Notes under the pieces: model-generated
Told to the model about the DNA's origin: nothing
What the model saw: the letters and a program-made list of their open reading frames with translations, nothing else
Databases searched by the model: none
Made by a program: the position numbers and the translations under genes
Shown here: in pieces, positions 1 to 11,745 of the stretch
Layout of the letters: each line of letters opens with the position of its first letter
How positions within the stretch are numbered: position 1 is the stretch's first letter
Origin: Mobula hypostoma
Taxonomy: Eukaryota
Assembly (NCBI RefSeq): GCF_963921235.1
Contig: NC_086097.1
Span: forward strand, 252,218,001 to 252,282,000
Direction of reading: 5' to 3'
Length of the DNA: 64,000 bases

Positions 1-96
1 AACTTAATGAGAGGTTTGCATGAATCTTAACTAGCAGTTTGTCAGAAGGCCGTGAGTGTCAGGAGGCAGGAGTGAATGCCATGCTATTACAAAGTG

Positions 97-618
97 CAAG
101 GCAAAATGAAAGGTCTTCAGGTGGATAAGTCAGCTGGACCAGATGGACTACATCCCAGAGTCCTGAGAGAGGTTGCTGAAGAGATAACAGATGCATTGGT
201 CATGATCTTTCATGAATCACTTGATTCTGGCATGTCCTGGAGGACTGGAAAATTGCAAATGTCACTCCACTCTTTAATAAAGAAGGAAGGCAAAAGAAAG
301 GAAATTTTAGGCCAGTCAGCCTAAACTCAGTGTCAGGAAAGTGTTGGAGTCTATTATTAAGGATGAGGTTTCTGGGTACTTGGAGACTAAAGATAAAATA
401 AGTCAAAGTCAGCATGGTTACTGTAAAGGGAAATCTTGCCTGATATCTGAGGAAGTAACAAGCAGGGTGGACAAAGGACAGGCAGTTGGATGTCATTTAC
501 TTGGATTTTCAGAAGGCATTTGATAAGGTGCCTCACATGAGGCTGCTTAACAAGATAAAATCCTATGGTGTTACTGGAAAAACAGTGGCATAGATAGAGG
601 CTGACAGGAAGAAGGCAG
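97..618 (+). mobile_element. CR1 RT fragment
   Basis: KSAGPDGLHPRVL, SQHGYCKGKSCL, AFDKV. Confidence 0.85.
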
Positions 619-1689
619 TGGTGTTCCTCAGGGGTCAGTATTTACTAATTATTTCTTTTTTCTTTTGTATTTGCACAGTTGACTTTTGCACTTTAGTTGT
701 TTGTCCGTCCTGTTGGCTGCGGTCTTTCATTAATTGTATTGTGTTTCTTGGATTTACTGAGCAGGCCCAGAAGAAAACGAATCACAGGGTTGTATATGGT
801 GACATACTGCCTATATAGCTTGATAATAAATTTACTTTGAACTTTGATATAGTCAGTGTATGCATATAAGCTATCTTATGTATTTATGTTGATTGCATTA
901 TTATTGTGTTCTTTATCATATTGTGGCTTTTTGTGCTGCATCGGATCCAGAGTAACAATTATTTCATACTCCTTTACACTTATGTACTGGAAAAGACAAC
1001 ACAATCTTGAATCTTGAAATGCATCATTTGTGTCAACAACCAGAGTCTGAGGACGTGCTTGTGTCGCCATGCTTCCAGCGCCCATAACTTACAAACTCCT
1101 AATCAGATTGGCTTTGGAACGTGGGACCCACATGGTCACGGAGAGAACATACCAACTCATTACAGACAGAGGCAGGAATTGAACACGCAATATCTGATTG
1201 GTTAATTGCAGCAATAGAATTTGTCTGGAGTAATCTGAGGAGCAAACCAGGTTAATTCGTTCTCTTTTCTCTTTGTTCTTCTCCCTGCTAGTAAGATCTT
1301 TCTCCCTCCCACCCTCAAGCTTCATTTTCTTGCCTGTGTCTTCTTTGTCCTTGTAACACTTAATAAACAATCACAAGAAACAAGCTTTAGGCTTCATCTT
1401 TGACTTCCAAGGAACCTTGGATCAAAAACATCAGTTTCCAACAGCCCAGAGAAGAGAGGCATCTGCAGGCATGCAAATGCTGATCACTGGCACTGTAAGG
1501 AGTTACCTTACTGCTACGTTACTCTGCTACCCCACCAGACGTGGATTTTCATCCTATGATTAGAATGTAAACAATCAAGAACAGAACCAATACAGTCTTT
1601 ATTGGAGCACAACTTGTCAGAGCCTTGCTGAAGTGAAATCAAGCCATAACTATCTTGTAAGACTAAATCTAACAGCTAAAAGTGGATCA

Positions 1690-3005
1690 GTACGTGGAGC
1701 TGTGATGTTGTGGCCATTACAGAGACTTGGATGGCTCAGGGGCAGGAATGGTTACTTCAAGTGTGAGGCTTTAGATGTTTCAGAAAGGACAGGGAGGGAG
1801 GCAAAAGAGGTCGAAGCATGGCACAGTTGATTAGAGATAATGTCACGGCTGCAGAAAAGGAGGAAGTCATGGAGGGATTGTCTACTGAGTCTCTGTGTGT
1901 GGAAGTTAGGAACAGGAAAGGGTCAATAACTCTAATGGGTATTTTTTATAGACCACCCAATAGTAACAGAGACATCGAGGAGCAGATAGGGAGACAGATT
2001 CCAGAAAAGTGGAATAATAACAGGGTTGTCATGGTGGGAGATTTTAATTTCCCAAATATTGATTGGCATCTCCCGAAAGTGAGGGGTTTAGGTGGCGTGG
2101 AGTTTGTTTGGTGTGTTCGGGAAGGGTTCTTGACACAGTATGTAGATAAGCCTACAAGAGGAGAGCTGCACTTGATTTGGTATTGGGAAATGAACCTGGT
2201 CAGTTGTCAGATCTCTCAGTGGGAGAGCATTTTGGAGATAGTGATCACAATTCTATCTCCTTTACCATAGCATTGGAGAGGGATAGGAATAGACAAGTTA
2301 GGAAAGCATTTAATTGGAATAAGGGGAAATATGAGTCTATCAGGCAGGAACTTGGAAGCATAAATTGGGAACAGATGTTCTCAAGGAAATGTATGGCAGA
2401 AATGTGGCAAATGTTTTGGGGATATTTACGAGGAGTTCTGCACAGGTATGTTCCAACGAGACAGGGAAAGGATGGTAGGTCACAGGAACCGTGGTATACA
2501 AAGGCTGTTGTAAATCTAGTCAAGAAGAAAAGAAAAGCTTACCAGCAGTTCATCAATAGGGATGGGAGAGGTTCTGGAAAGTTAGACGGTTGCGGATGTT
2601 GTTCCCTTGATCAAGAAAAGGAGTAGAGATAGCCCAGGAAATTATAGGCCAGTGAGTCTTACTTCAGTGGTTGGTAAGTTGATGGAGAAGATCCTGAGAG
2701 GCAAGATTTATGAACATTTGGAGATGTATAATATGATTAGGAATAGTCAGCATAACTTTGTCAAAGGCAGGTTGTGCATTACAAACTTGATTGAATTTTT
2801 TGAGGATGTGACTAAACACATTGATGAAGGAAGAGCAGTAGATGTAGTGTATATGGATTTCAGCAAGACATTTGATAAGGTACCCCATGCAAGGCTTATT
2901 GAGAAAGTAAGGAGGCATGGAATCCAAGGAAACATTGCTTTGTGGATACAGAATTGGCTTGACCACAGAAGGCAAACAGTGTTGCAGATGGGTCATATTT
3001 TACAT
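1690..3005 (+). mobile_element. CR1 ORF2 fragment (endonuclease + RT), cut by hAT insertion
   Basis: YRPPNS, VGDFNFPNIDW, GDSDHN, NYRPVSLTS, YMDFSKTFDKV. Confidence 0.9.
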
Positions 3006-4912
3006 CAGGGGTCCCAACCTTTTTTGCACCGCAGACCGGTTTAATATTGACAATATTCTTGCGGACCGGCCGACCAGGGGTGGGGGGGTGGGGGTTGTTA
3101 ATCACGACCGGAATATAGGTGATAAGTCAACTATAAGTCACTTATCAGTGGCTAATACACAATTTCATTTCTAAAAGGGTTTATCTAACGAATTTAATAT
3201 TAAACACACAGCACATATTTTCCTCGCATGAATATAGTGATAAGTCAATTACAATTCATAAGGGGGTTCCTTATGTCTAGTCTATTCCGCAATTTAGTTT
3301 TCGTTGCATTCATTGTAGGAAACTCCACTTCGCAGAGATATGATGTTGGAAATGGAGGCAAAGTTTTCAGTGCTTTCGGGGCTATCCCAGGATATTCAGC
3401 CTTGACTTTGATCCAGAATGCCGGCAGAGATGTTATGTCAAACATACTTTTCAGCCCATCGTCATTTGCGAGCTCGAGGAATTGATCTTCTTCCCGCGTC
3501 GACATGGATGATTCACTGGGGACATTCACAAATGGATCACGGACCCATTCCTTTGCACGTCTTAGGTCATTTGCGGTTGGGAAGTAACGCTCGAATTCTG
3601 TTGACAGCGAAGATAGGTGTACGTGGACCAGCTGTGAGCCTCAGTCTCTTCCAAATTCCCAGCTAATGTTGGGAACATGTCAAATATGCCCCTGTCCACT
3701 CGCTGTCCCCACAGTTCCAGTTTGGCTGTGAAAGCAGACACTTTATCTGCCAACTTGAAGACAGTTGTCATTCTCCCCTGGAGTGACAAATTGAGTTCAT
3801 TGAGCAGGCTGAAGATGTCACACAGATAAGTGAGTTTTGCTATCCACTCCTCGTCACTGAAGTGTGCTGCCAGTGGTGACATTTTTCCTGAAAGAAATCT
3901 CTGTAGCTGCTCTCTTAACTCAAAAACCCTGGCCAAGGCTGTCCCCCTTGATTGCCACCTGACTTCAGTGTGTAAGAGAAGGCGTTTGTGTTCTGCATCC
4001 ATTTCCTCGCAAAGCTGCTCAAACAGATGTGAGTTAAGGGCTTTTGCTTTGATGTGATTGATAACTTCAGCAATGTCACATTTTTCGGCTAGCCAGCGTT
4101 TCCCTGTGTGTGACACAGTGTGTAGACTGGCATTCAGGAGCAACCCCTTTGACTCAGGTAGTGAAACCAGACTCGTCAAGCCGTTCTAACAGCTGTGCTT
4201 CGATGTCCTCCGCTACGTCATCGATTCCTCTTGAAACTGTGGTAGCTGAAAGAGAAACCTGTGCCATCTTCTTAGCTGCAGCTTCTCCCAACAGTTCACG
4301 GCACATGTCCTTGGCAGCAGGCAGAATCAATTCTTCACCAACAGTGAAAGGCTTCTTAGCCTTAGCAATACGGCCAGCCACTAGGTACTATGCTCTCAGA
4401 GCAGCAGCATTTGTGGAGGTGGTGGCTCTCAGCACTTGCTTCTATCCCGCTTGCTCACGTTTTTTCTGCTCAGAAACTCAGTTGGGTTTGTCTTTAAGTG
4501 CAGGGTGCTTGGACTCAAGGTGCCGAAGCAGTTTTGGGGGCTTCATTGCCTCATTAAACAGCTTGTCTCGACATATCACACACAGGGGCCTTGGAGCGTG
4601 CGAGTCACCAGTCGCAATAAAGCCATATTTTATGTATGAGTCATTGTATTTTCTGTTGAAGGAAGCTTTCTTTCTTTTTTTTTGCAGTCTCGGCCTCAGC
4701 TGTCTCTGTGTTATTATCATCGTTGGGCCTTTTATGTCCCCTACCATCTCTTCCAAAGAAACTCTCAAGCGACGTTTGTTTTTTACTGATCGAGTAGCTG
4801 TCAGTTAATGACCGACGGATGACCTCGCGTGTTCAAGTTCAACAGTGGGTGTGACAGGGAATGAGGAAAGGTGTAGTTGACTCATATTGCTTCCCCACGG
4901 CCCGGTAGCACA
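3006..4912 (-). mobile_element. Buster/Charlie-type hAT transposon, decayed transposase (ZBED5/SCAND3-like), one end lost
   Basis: TIR cagggg(t)cccaacc at 3006; frameshifted transposase pieces (BED-like CVIC..MKPPKLLRHLESKH; KPFTVGEELILPAA; LLHTEVRW; FPTSYLCE); flank ttttacat has central TA. Confidence 0.9.
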
Positions 4913-4914
4913 TG

Positions 4915-5605
4915 CTTTGGAGGGTGGAGAGCAGGCAAGGAGTTATAGTGAGAGAGACAGAGGGAGAACAAAAAAGAGAGAAAAAGGGGAACAAAATAAA
5001 AAATATATAAAATAAATAAATAAGGGATGGGGCATGAAGGGGAGGTGGGGCATTAACGGAAGTTAGAAAAGTCAATGTTCATGCCATCAGGTTGGAGGCT
5101 ACCCGGACGGAATATAAGGTGTTGTTCCTCCAACCTGAGTGTGTCTTCATCTTTACAGTAGAGGAGGCCGTGTTTAGACATGTCAGAATGGGAATGGGAT
5201 GTGGAATTAAAATGTGTGGCCACTGGGAGATCCTGCTTTCTCTGGCGGACAGAGCGTTCAGCAAAACGGTCTCCCAATCTGCGTTGGGTCTCGCCAATAT
5301 ACAAAAGGCTGCGCTGGGAGCACCGGATGCAGTATATCACCCCAGCCACCTCACCTGGAAGGACTGTTTGGGGAGGAAGTGTAAGGGCATGTGTAGCACT
5401 TGTTCCGCTTACAAGGATAAGTGCCAGGAGGGAGATCGGTGGGGAGGGATGTGGGGGACGACGAATGGACAAGGGAGTCGCGTAGGGAGCGATCCCTGCG
5501 GAAAGCAGGGGCTGGGGGAGAGAAAGGTGTGCTCAGTGGTGGGATCCCGTTGGAGGTGGCGGAAGTTACGGAGAATTATATGTTGGACCCGGAGGCTGGT
5601 GGAGA
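4915..5605 (-). mobile_element. Penelope-like element GIY-YIG fragment
   Basis: VIYCIRCSQRSLLYIGETQRRLGDRFAE...QPDGMNIDFSNFR, same family as the 49.5 kb copy. Confidence 0.9.
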
Positions 5606-6104
5606 GATCTGGTTGTGCCCCCCAATTCAACATGATTGTCAATACTATCAAATTCTTCATAGTCCTAGCTTGTTGAAATGGTGAAATTGTTTCATTTTCA
5701 CTATTGCCAGTTTCTCGTGTCTCCAAGCATGATTGCTTGGATCCGCTTTGAGCGAAGCGGTTCTAAGGTATCTTGCTATTTATTTTTTGGCAACTTTCAG
5801 TGACAAAAATCACTGCTCTTTGAACACAAACACACAAAACTGGTGCTATTTAAAAACTGTTCGCTCCAAGCATATGACTGACACTGGTTAGAAACTGTTC
5901 AGCAACAGTCTCCTGTCTCAATTAGGCAACGTAGTATCCCAAAAAAAAACAAAGGGAAACCCGGCTATTTTCACAAGTAGCTTTTGTTTTTTTTTATATA
6001 AAAGAGTTGTTGCAAAAAGCAGATGCCCTGATTAGCCAATGGCCCAATTAATTGGAATCCATAGTTTTCTGGCACATTAGAAATAATTAGTTTCCAGGTA
6101 CAAT

Positions 6105-6432
6105 TGCAACACACACAAAATGCCGGAAGAACTCAGCAGGCCAAGCAGCATCTCCAGGAAGAGGTACAGTCGACGTTTCAAGCCGAGACCCTTCGTCAGG
6201 ACTGGAAAGAAAGGGAGAAGACTCCAGAATAAAAAGGTGGAGGGAGGGGACGGAGGTGATAGGTGAATCCAGGTGGGGAGGAAAGGTAAAGAGCTGGGGA
6301 GGAAAGAGTCTCTATTAGGAGAGTAGAGTGGACCAGAGGAGAAAGAGAAAGAAGAAGTGACCCGGCAGGAGGTTATAGATAGGTGAGTAGAGGGCAGAGT
6401 GGGGAATAGAAGAGGGGAAGGGGTAGGGAAAA
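6105..6432 (-). mobile_element. Penelope-like 3' terminal fragment with hammerhead
   Basis: Purine-rich UTR plus terminal sequence shared with 50221-50440. Confidence 0.8.
6167..6204 (-). ncRNA. Minimal hammerhead ribozyme motif (sense to NAGPA intron 5)
   Basis: Minus strand reads cagtc-CTGACGA-agggtctcggctt-GAAACGTC-gactg with a perfect 5-bp stem I. Confidence 0.7.
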
Positions 6433-6666
6433 TCAGGATGGCATGTACTATTTCTGTTTGAACTTCATGGAAGGTCATGAGGAGTGTGAAAAATTCATCT
6501 TACTCCAATGTGAAAATCAAGTGCGGGAATTTTAAGTCGGGTGCTCCAGTTACTGACAACCAAAACAAGCAACTGAAATAAAAAGTTATAAGCCTAATCT
6601 GCTCATTCACTCTTTTCAAATGCCTCTGCAATGCCCTCCATTTAGAATACATAACCTTTGGTTTTT

Positions 6667-7428
6667 AGAAACATAGAAAGCCTGCAGCACAATACAGGCC
6701 CTTCGGCCCACAAAGCTGTGCCGAACATGTCCTTACCTTAGAATTTACCCTGGGTTACCCATAGCCCTCTATTTTACTAAGCTCCATATACCTATCCAGA
6801 AGTCTCTTAAACAACCATATCATTTCCACCTCTACCACCATTGCTGGCAGCCCATTCCACGCACTCACCACTCTCTGACATTTCCCCTGTACCTACTTCC
6901 AAGCACCTTAAAACAGTGCTCTCATGTGTTAGACATTTCAGCCCTGGGAAAAAGCCTCTGACTATCCACATGATCAATGCCTCTCATCATCTTATACATT
7001 TCTATCAGGTCACCTCTCATCCTCCGTCGCTCCAAGGAGAAAAGGCCGAGTTCACTCAACCTGTTTTCATAAGGCATGCTCCCCAATCCAGGTAACATCC
7101 TTGTAAATCTCCTCTGCACACTTTCTATGGTTTTCACATCCTTCCTGTAGTGAGGCGACCAGAACTGAGCACAGTACTCCAAGTGGGGTCGAACCAGGGT
7201 CCTATATAGCTGCAACATTACCTCTCGGCTCCTAAACTCAATCCCACGGTTGATGAAGGCCAATGCACCGTATGGCTTCTTAACCACAGAGTCAACCTGC
7301 GCAGCTGCTTTGAGTGTCCTATGGACTCGGACCCCAAGATTCCTCTGATCCACCACACTGCCAAGAGTCTTACCATTACTACTATATTCTGCCATTATAT
7401 TTGACCTACCAAAATGAACCACCTCACA
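6667..7428 (-). mobile_element. CR1 3' fragment
   Basis: LVRPHLEYCAQFWSPHY...RRRMRGDLIE. Confidence 0.9.
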
Positions 7429-7644
7429 CAGAATATAAGGTGTTGTTCCTCCAGCCTGAGTGTGGCTTCATCTTGACAGTAAAGGAGGCAGTGGATGGAC
7501 ATATCAGAATGGGAATGGGACATGGAATTGCTACCCCACTAGGAATAGAGTCCCCCTTGTTCTAACCTACCAGTGGATCTGATTGAAGACCCCTCCTCTC
7601 AATAATTCCGACATCCAGATTGGCCACCGGTCAAAGCTCTTTTC

Positions 7645-9425
7645 ATAAGCAAGGATGTAATGCTAACGCTGTATAAGGCATTGGTGCGGCCTCACTTAGA
7701 GCAGGGATCCCCAACCTTTTTTGCACTGCGGACCGGTTTCATATTGACAATACTGACGCGGGGGGGGGGGGGTAGGGTTGCCAACGTACAAGAGTAGCAG
7801 TCAAATACATTGTGTTTACCCAGAGAAAGACTACAATGACCATGAAGCCTTGCACGGGCACCAGTGCGCATGCGTATTTGCCAATTATTAAAAAATCGTT
7901 TTTGGCGATTCTGTTTGGGGGGGGGGTCCGGGGATCGGCGGGTCAGGGGCTGGGAGTGTTAATCACGACTGGAATATAGGTGATAAGTGGCTAATACTCT
8001 CAATTTCGTTTCTAAAAGAGTTTATCTAACGAATTTAATATTAAACACACAGCACATATTTTCCTCACATGAATATAGTGATAAGTCAATTATCAGGGGA
8101 GGACAGGGGAGCTTGAAGTAAGTGTTGAATGAACTTCCAGTAGAAGTGGTAGAGGCAGGTTCGATATTATCATTTAAAGTTAAAGTGGACAGCTATATGG
8201 ACAGGAAAGGAATGGAGGGTTATGGATGAGTGTAGGTCGGTGGGACTAGGTGAGAGTAGCGTTCCGCACGGACTGGAAGGGCAGAGATGGCCTGTTTCCG
8301 TTTCCATGCTGTAATTGTTATATGGTTATATAAGTCACTTATAATAGCATCATAACATTTTAAGTAACGTTTGGATATTAAACACACAGCGCATATTTTC
8401 CCCGTATGAACATATAAAATCATTGTAACACACCAATATCGTTGAATCAGTGGGAGCCCTGGGCTTGTTTTCCTGCAACAAGACGGTCCCATCGAGGTGT
8501 GACGGGAGACAGCGATACTCGAAGGGGGTTGCTCATGTCCAGTCTATTCCGCAATTTAGTTTTCGTTGCATTCATTGCAGAAATATGTTGGAAATGGAAG
8601 CAACGTTTTCAGTGCTTTCGTGGCTATCTCAGGATATTTAGCCTTGACTTTGATCCAGAATGCCGGCAGAGATGTTACATCAAACATAATTTTCAGCACG
8701 CCATCATTTGCAAGCTCGAGGAGTTGATCTCCTTCCTGCGCTGACATGGATGACGCGTGAGTAATGACCTCGCGTGTGTTCAAGCTCAACAGTGGGCGTG
8801 ACAGGGAATGAGGAAAGGTGCAGCCGACTCATATCGCCAAATCATATCGTTTCCTCGCGGCCCGGTGGTTGGGGACCACTGACTTAGAGTACTGTGAGCA
8901 GTTCCGGGTTTCTTATTTAAGAAAAGATGTGCTGACATTGGAGAAGGTTCATAAGAATGATTCCAGAAATGAAAGGTTTACAATATGACAACGATTGACA
9001 GCTCTGGGCCAGTACTCGCTGAAATTTCGAAGAATGAGAGGGGGACCTTACTGAAACCAGTCGAATGTTGAAAGGTCTAGATAGCGTGGGTGTGAAGACG
9101 ATGTTTCCTATGGTGGAGGAGTCTTAGACCAGAGGGCACAGCCTCAAAATAGAAGTATATCCTTTTGGAACAAAGGTGAGGATGAATTTCTTTAGCCAGA
9201 GAGTGGTGAATCTATGAAATTCATTGCCAGAGACGGTTGTGAAGGCCAAGCCACTGGTTATATTTAAAGTGGAGATTGATAGGTTCAGTCAAGGTGTGAA
9301 TGATTATGGGGAGAAGGCAGGAGAACGGGGTCGAGGGGGAAATGGATCAGCCATGATGAAATGGCGGAGCAGACTTGACGGGCCAAATGGCCTAATTTCT
9401 GCTCATGTATTTTATGGTCTTAAGT
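7645..9425 (+). mobile_element. CR1 3' fragment split by the hAT element at 7702-8881
   Basis: LVRPHLE|YCEQF continues across the TSD. Confidence 0.8.
7702..8881. mobile_element. Non-autonomous Buster-type hAT element with 8-bp TSD and an internal CR1 3' fragment
   Basis: TIRs cagggatccccaacc / ggttggggaccactg; TSD acttagag at 7694-7701 and 8882-8889 (nnnTAnnn). Confidence 0.92.
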
Positions 9426-9974
9426 TACTATAAAATTAATTATTTGGAGGATACAATCATCGAAAGCATCCTTTGAAGGCGCTCCATTATCTGTACTAGG
9501 TGTTGGTGCTGATTTTGTTCATTTATAGCTGATCAAAAGAACACCACAGTGCGCACTGAATGAATTCCTTCATCGATAACTATTAGGAACTAATATGGTT
9601 TTATAGTATTCCAGTAGTATTGAGTGTTCTAATTTGTTCTGTATTTGATTTAAATACACAGTTTCTTACTCAGTTAAACTTTCACTAATTTCCATGAAAC
9701 TGTGGCTAATTGGGGCAGCCATTCAATCGGCCAAAATGTTCTGGCCCTAACGTGCCCCAATTAACCAGAATCCACAGTATGCCATCCTCCCTTAATGGAG
9801 GATGATTTTTGCAAAAATAATAGCAAAGATCAGAATCAAGGCAAATAATTTCAGAATGTCCCTACTCAACACGAAACTAATGAATTATAAATGTGTACAA
9901 ACCATTCCTCCAAAAATTGTCCGCTTCCATAACTTCAATTAGTACTAAACTTAATATTCTTTACATGTACATAC

Positions 9975-10103
9975 CAGTGATCTGATGGATAGCTTGCAAG
10001 TGATCCGTTAAATATCAGAGTAGCCGATCCGCCTCCATCCAAATTAATGGCATTAATAACCCCTTGGCTCTTTAAAAACGTGGCAACCTCCCAGAGATTT
10101 AGC
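9975..10103 (-). CDS. NAGPA: NAGPA coding exon 5 (129 nt), NLDGGGS catalytic motif
   Basis: LNLWEVATFLKSQGVINAINLDGGGSATLIFNGSLASYPSDHC; ttgcag acceptor, TG|GTATG donor; later exons not found in window. Confidence 0.95.
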
Positions 10104-10179
10104 CTGCAATACAGATTTGAACTGCAGTTAATTCAAAACAAATCCTTTTCTGACATTGCCCGTCCAATGAGACCGAAGG

Positions 10180-11745
10180 TTTGTGCTGGTCCAACCACGT
10201 GGGTACCACGGCCAAGACAGCTCAACAGCACCTCTACTTTCTCAGGAGGCTAACGGACGCCAACCAGCTGGCTGGAACGTTTGAGGACATAGTCAGCCTC
10301 TCACCGCTGCAGCCAGAGGTTCAAAAGGGTGACAGTTATACTAGTGCCCAAGAGCAGGGTGAGCAGTCATTATCATCCAGTGGCAGTCACATCTACTGGG
10401 ATGCATTGCATCGAGAGGTGTGTGATGACCAGAATAAACTCCTGCCCAAGCAAGGACCTGGATCCACTGCAATTTGCCTATCGCCACAATAGATCTACAG
10501 TGGATGCAATCACACTGGCTCGTCATGCTGTCTCAGATCACCTTGACCACACTCATGTCAGGCTGCTGTTCATTGATTACTGCTCAGCGTTCAACACAAT
10601 CAGCAAGCTCCAAAACCCGGCTCTGCGCAACCCTGGAACATGCACAAAATGCTGGAGGAACTTAGCAGGCCAGGCAGCATCTATGAGAAAAAAAAGTACA
10701 GTCGACATTCCAGCTCAAAACATTGACTGTACCTTGTTCCATAGACGCTGCTGGGCCTACTGAGTTCCTCCAGCATTTTGTGTGTGTTGCTCGGATTTCC
10801 AGCATCTGCAGATTTTCTCTCGTTTGTCTTTGCAACCGTATCTCCAACTGTAACATCCTCACTGGGAGGCCACAGTTGGTGCAGATCAGAAATAATACCT
10901 CCACCTCGCTGACAATCAACACTGGTGCACCTCAAGGTGAGTACTCAGCCCACTGCTCCACCCTCTCTACAACCACGACTGCATGGCTAAGCACAGCTCA
11001 AGCACCAATCTGCAAATTTGCCGATAACACAATTATTGTTAACAGAGTTTCAGGAGCGAAGCTGATCAGCTGATTGAGTGGTGTCAGAGCAACAACAATG
11101 CACTCAAAATCAGTAAAAACCAAAGAAATGATTGTGGGCTTCAGGAAGGGGAAGTCGAGGGAACGGAAGGGGAAAGGGTGAGCAGTTTTAAATTCCTGAG
11201 TGTTAACATCTGAGGCTCTATCCTGGGTCCAACATATTGATGCAATTACAAGGCACACACAGAGGCTATGCTTCATTAGGAGTTTGAGCAGAATTAATAT
11301 TTCAGCAAAGACACTTGCAAATTTCTACAGATGTACTGTGCAGACCATTTTAATGGGTTGCATCACTGGAGGGGCCGCTGCACTGGATCGGAAAAGGCTG
11401 CAGGAAGTTGTAAACTCAGCCAGCTCTATCATGGGCGTAGACCTTCCCAGCAGTGAGGACATCTTTAAAAGGCATCATCCATCATGAAGGACCCTCATCA
11501 CCCAGAACGTGCCCTCTTCTCATTGCTACCATCACAGTCTGAAGACCCACACTCAATACTTCTGGTTCAGCTCCTCCCCTCCACCTTCAGGTTTCTGAAT
11601 GAACAAAGAACCTCAATACTTTTTCACTCTTTCTGCGCTATTTAAACAATTTAAATTTTATAGACATACTCTCCTTATTGCAATGTATAGTTTATTATGT
11701 ATTGCGATGTACTGCTGCCGCATAGCCACAAGTTTCTTGACACAT
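10180..11745 (+). mobile_element. Decayed Rex1/Babar-like LINE
   Basis: DLDPLQFAYRHNRST, LLFIDYCSAFNTI, TGAPQG, KFADN. Confidence 0.8.
10636..10830. mobile_element. Inverted Penelope-terminus pair (older subfamily, hammerhead core lost)
   Basis: cacaaaatgctggaggaac...gttcctccagcattttgtg inverted arms, inserted in a Rex1-like LINE. Confidence 0.75.

Noticed and set aside
1387..1492. Phase-compatible candidate NAGPA exon 6 (ccttacag acceptor, ASDQHLHACRC...EA*)
   Set aside because: No resemblance to the expected WRCPR.VSTV.C/EGF-like exon; the true exon 6 is probably outside the window
3245..4768. Domesticated ZBED5/SCAND3-like gene
   Set aside because: Multiple frameshifts and deletions with a TIR present; decayed transposon
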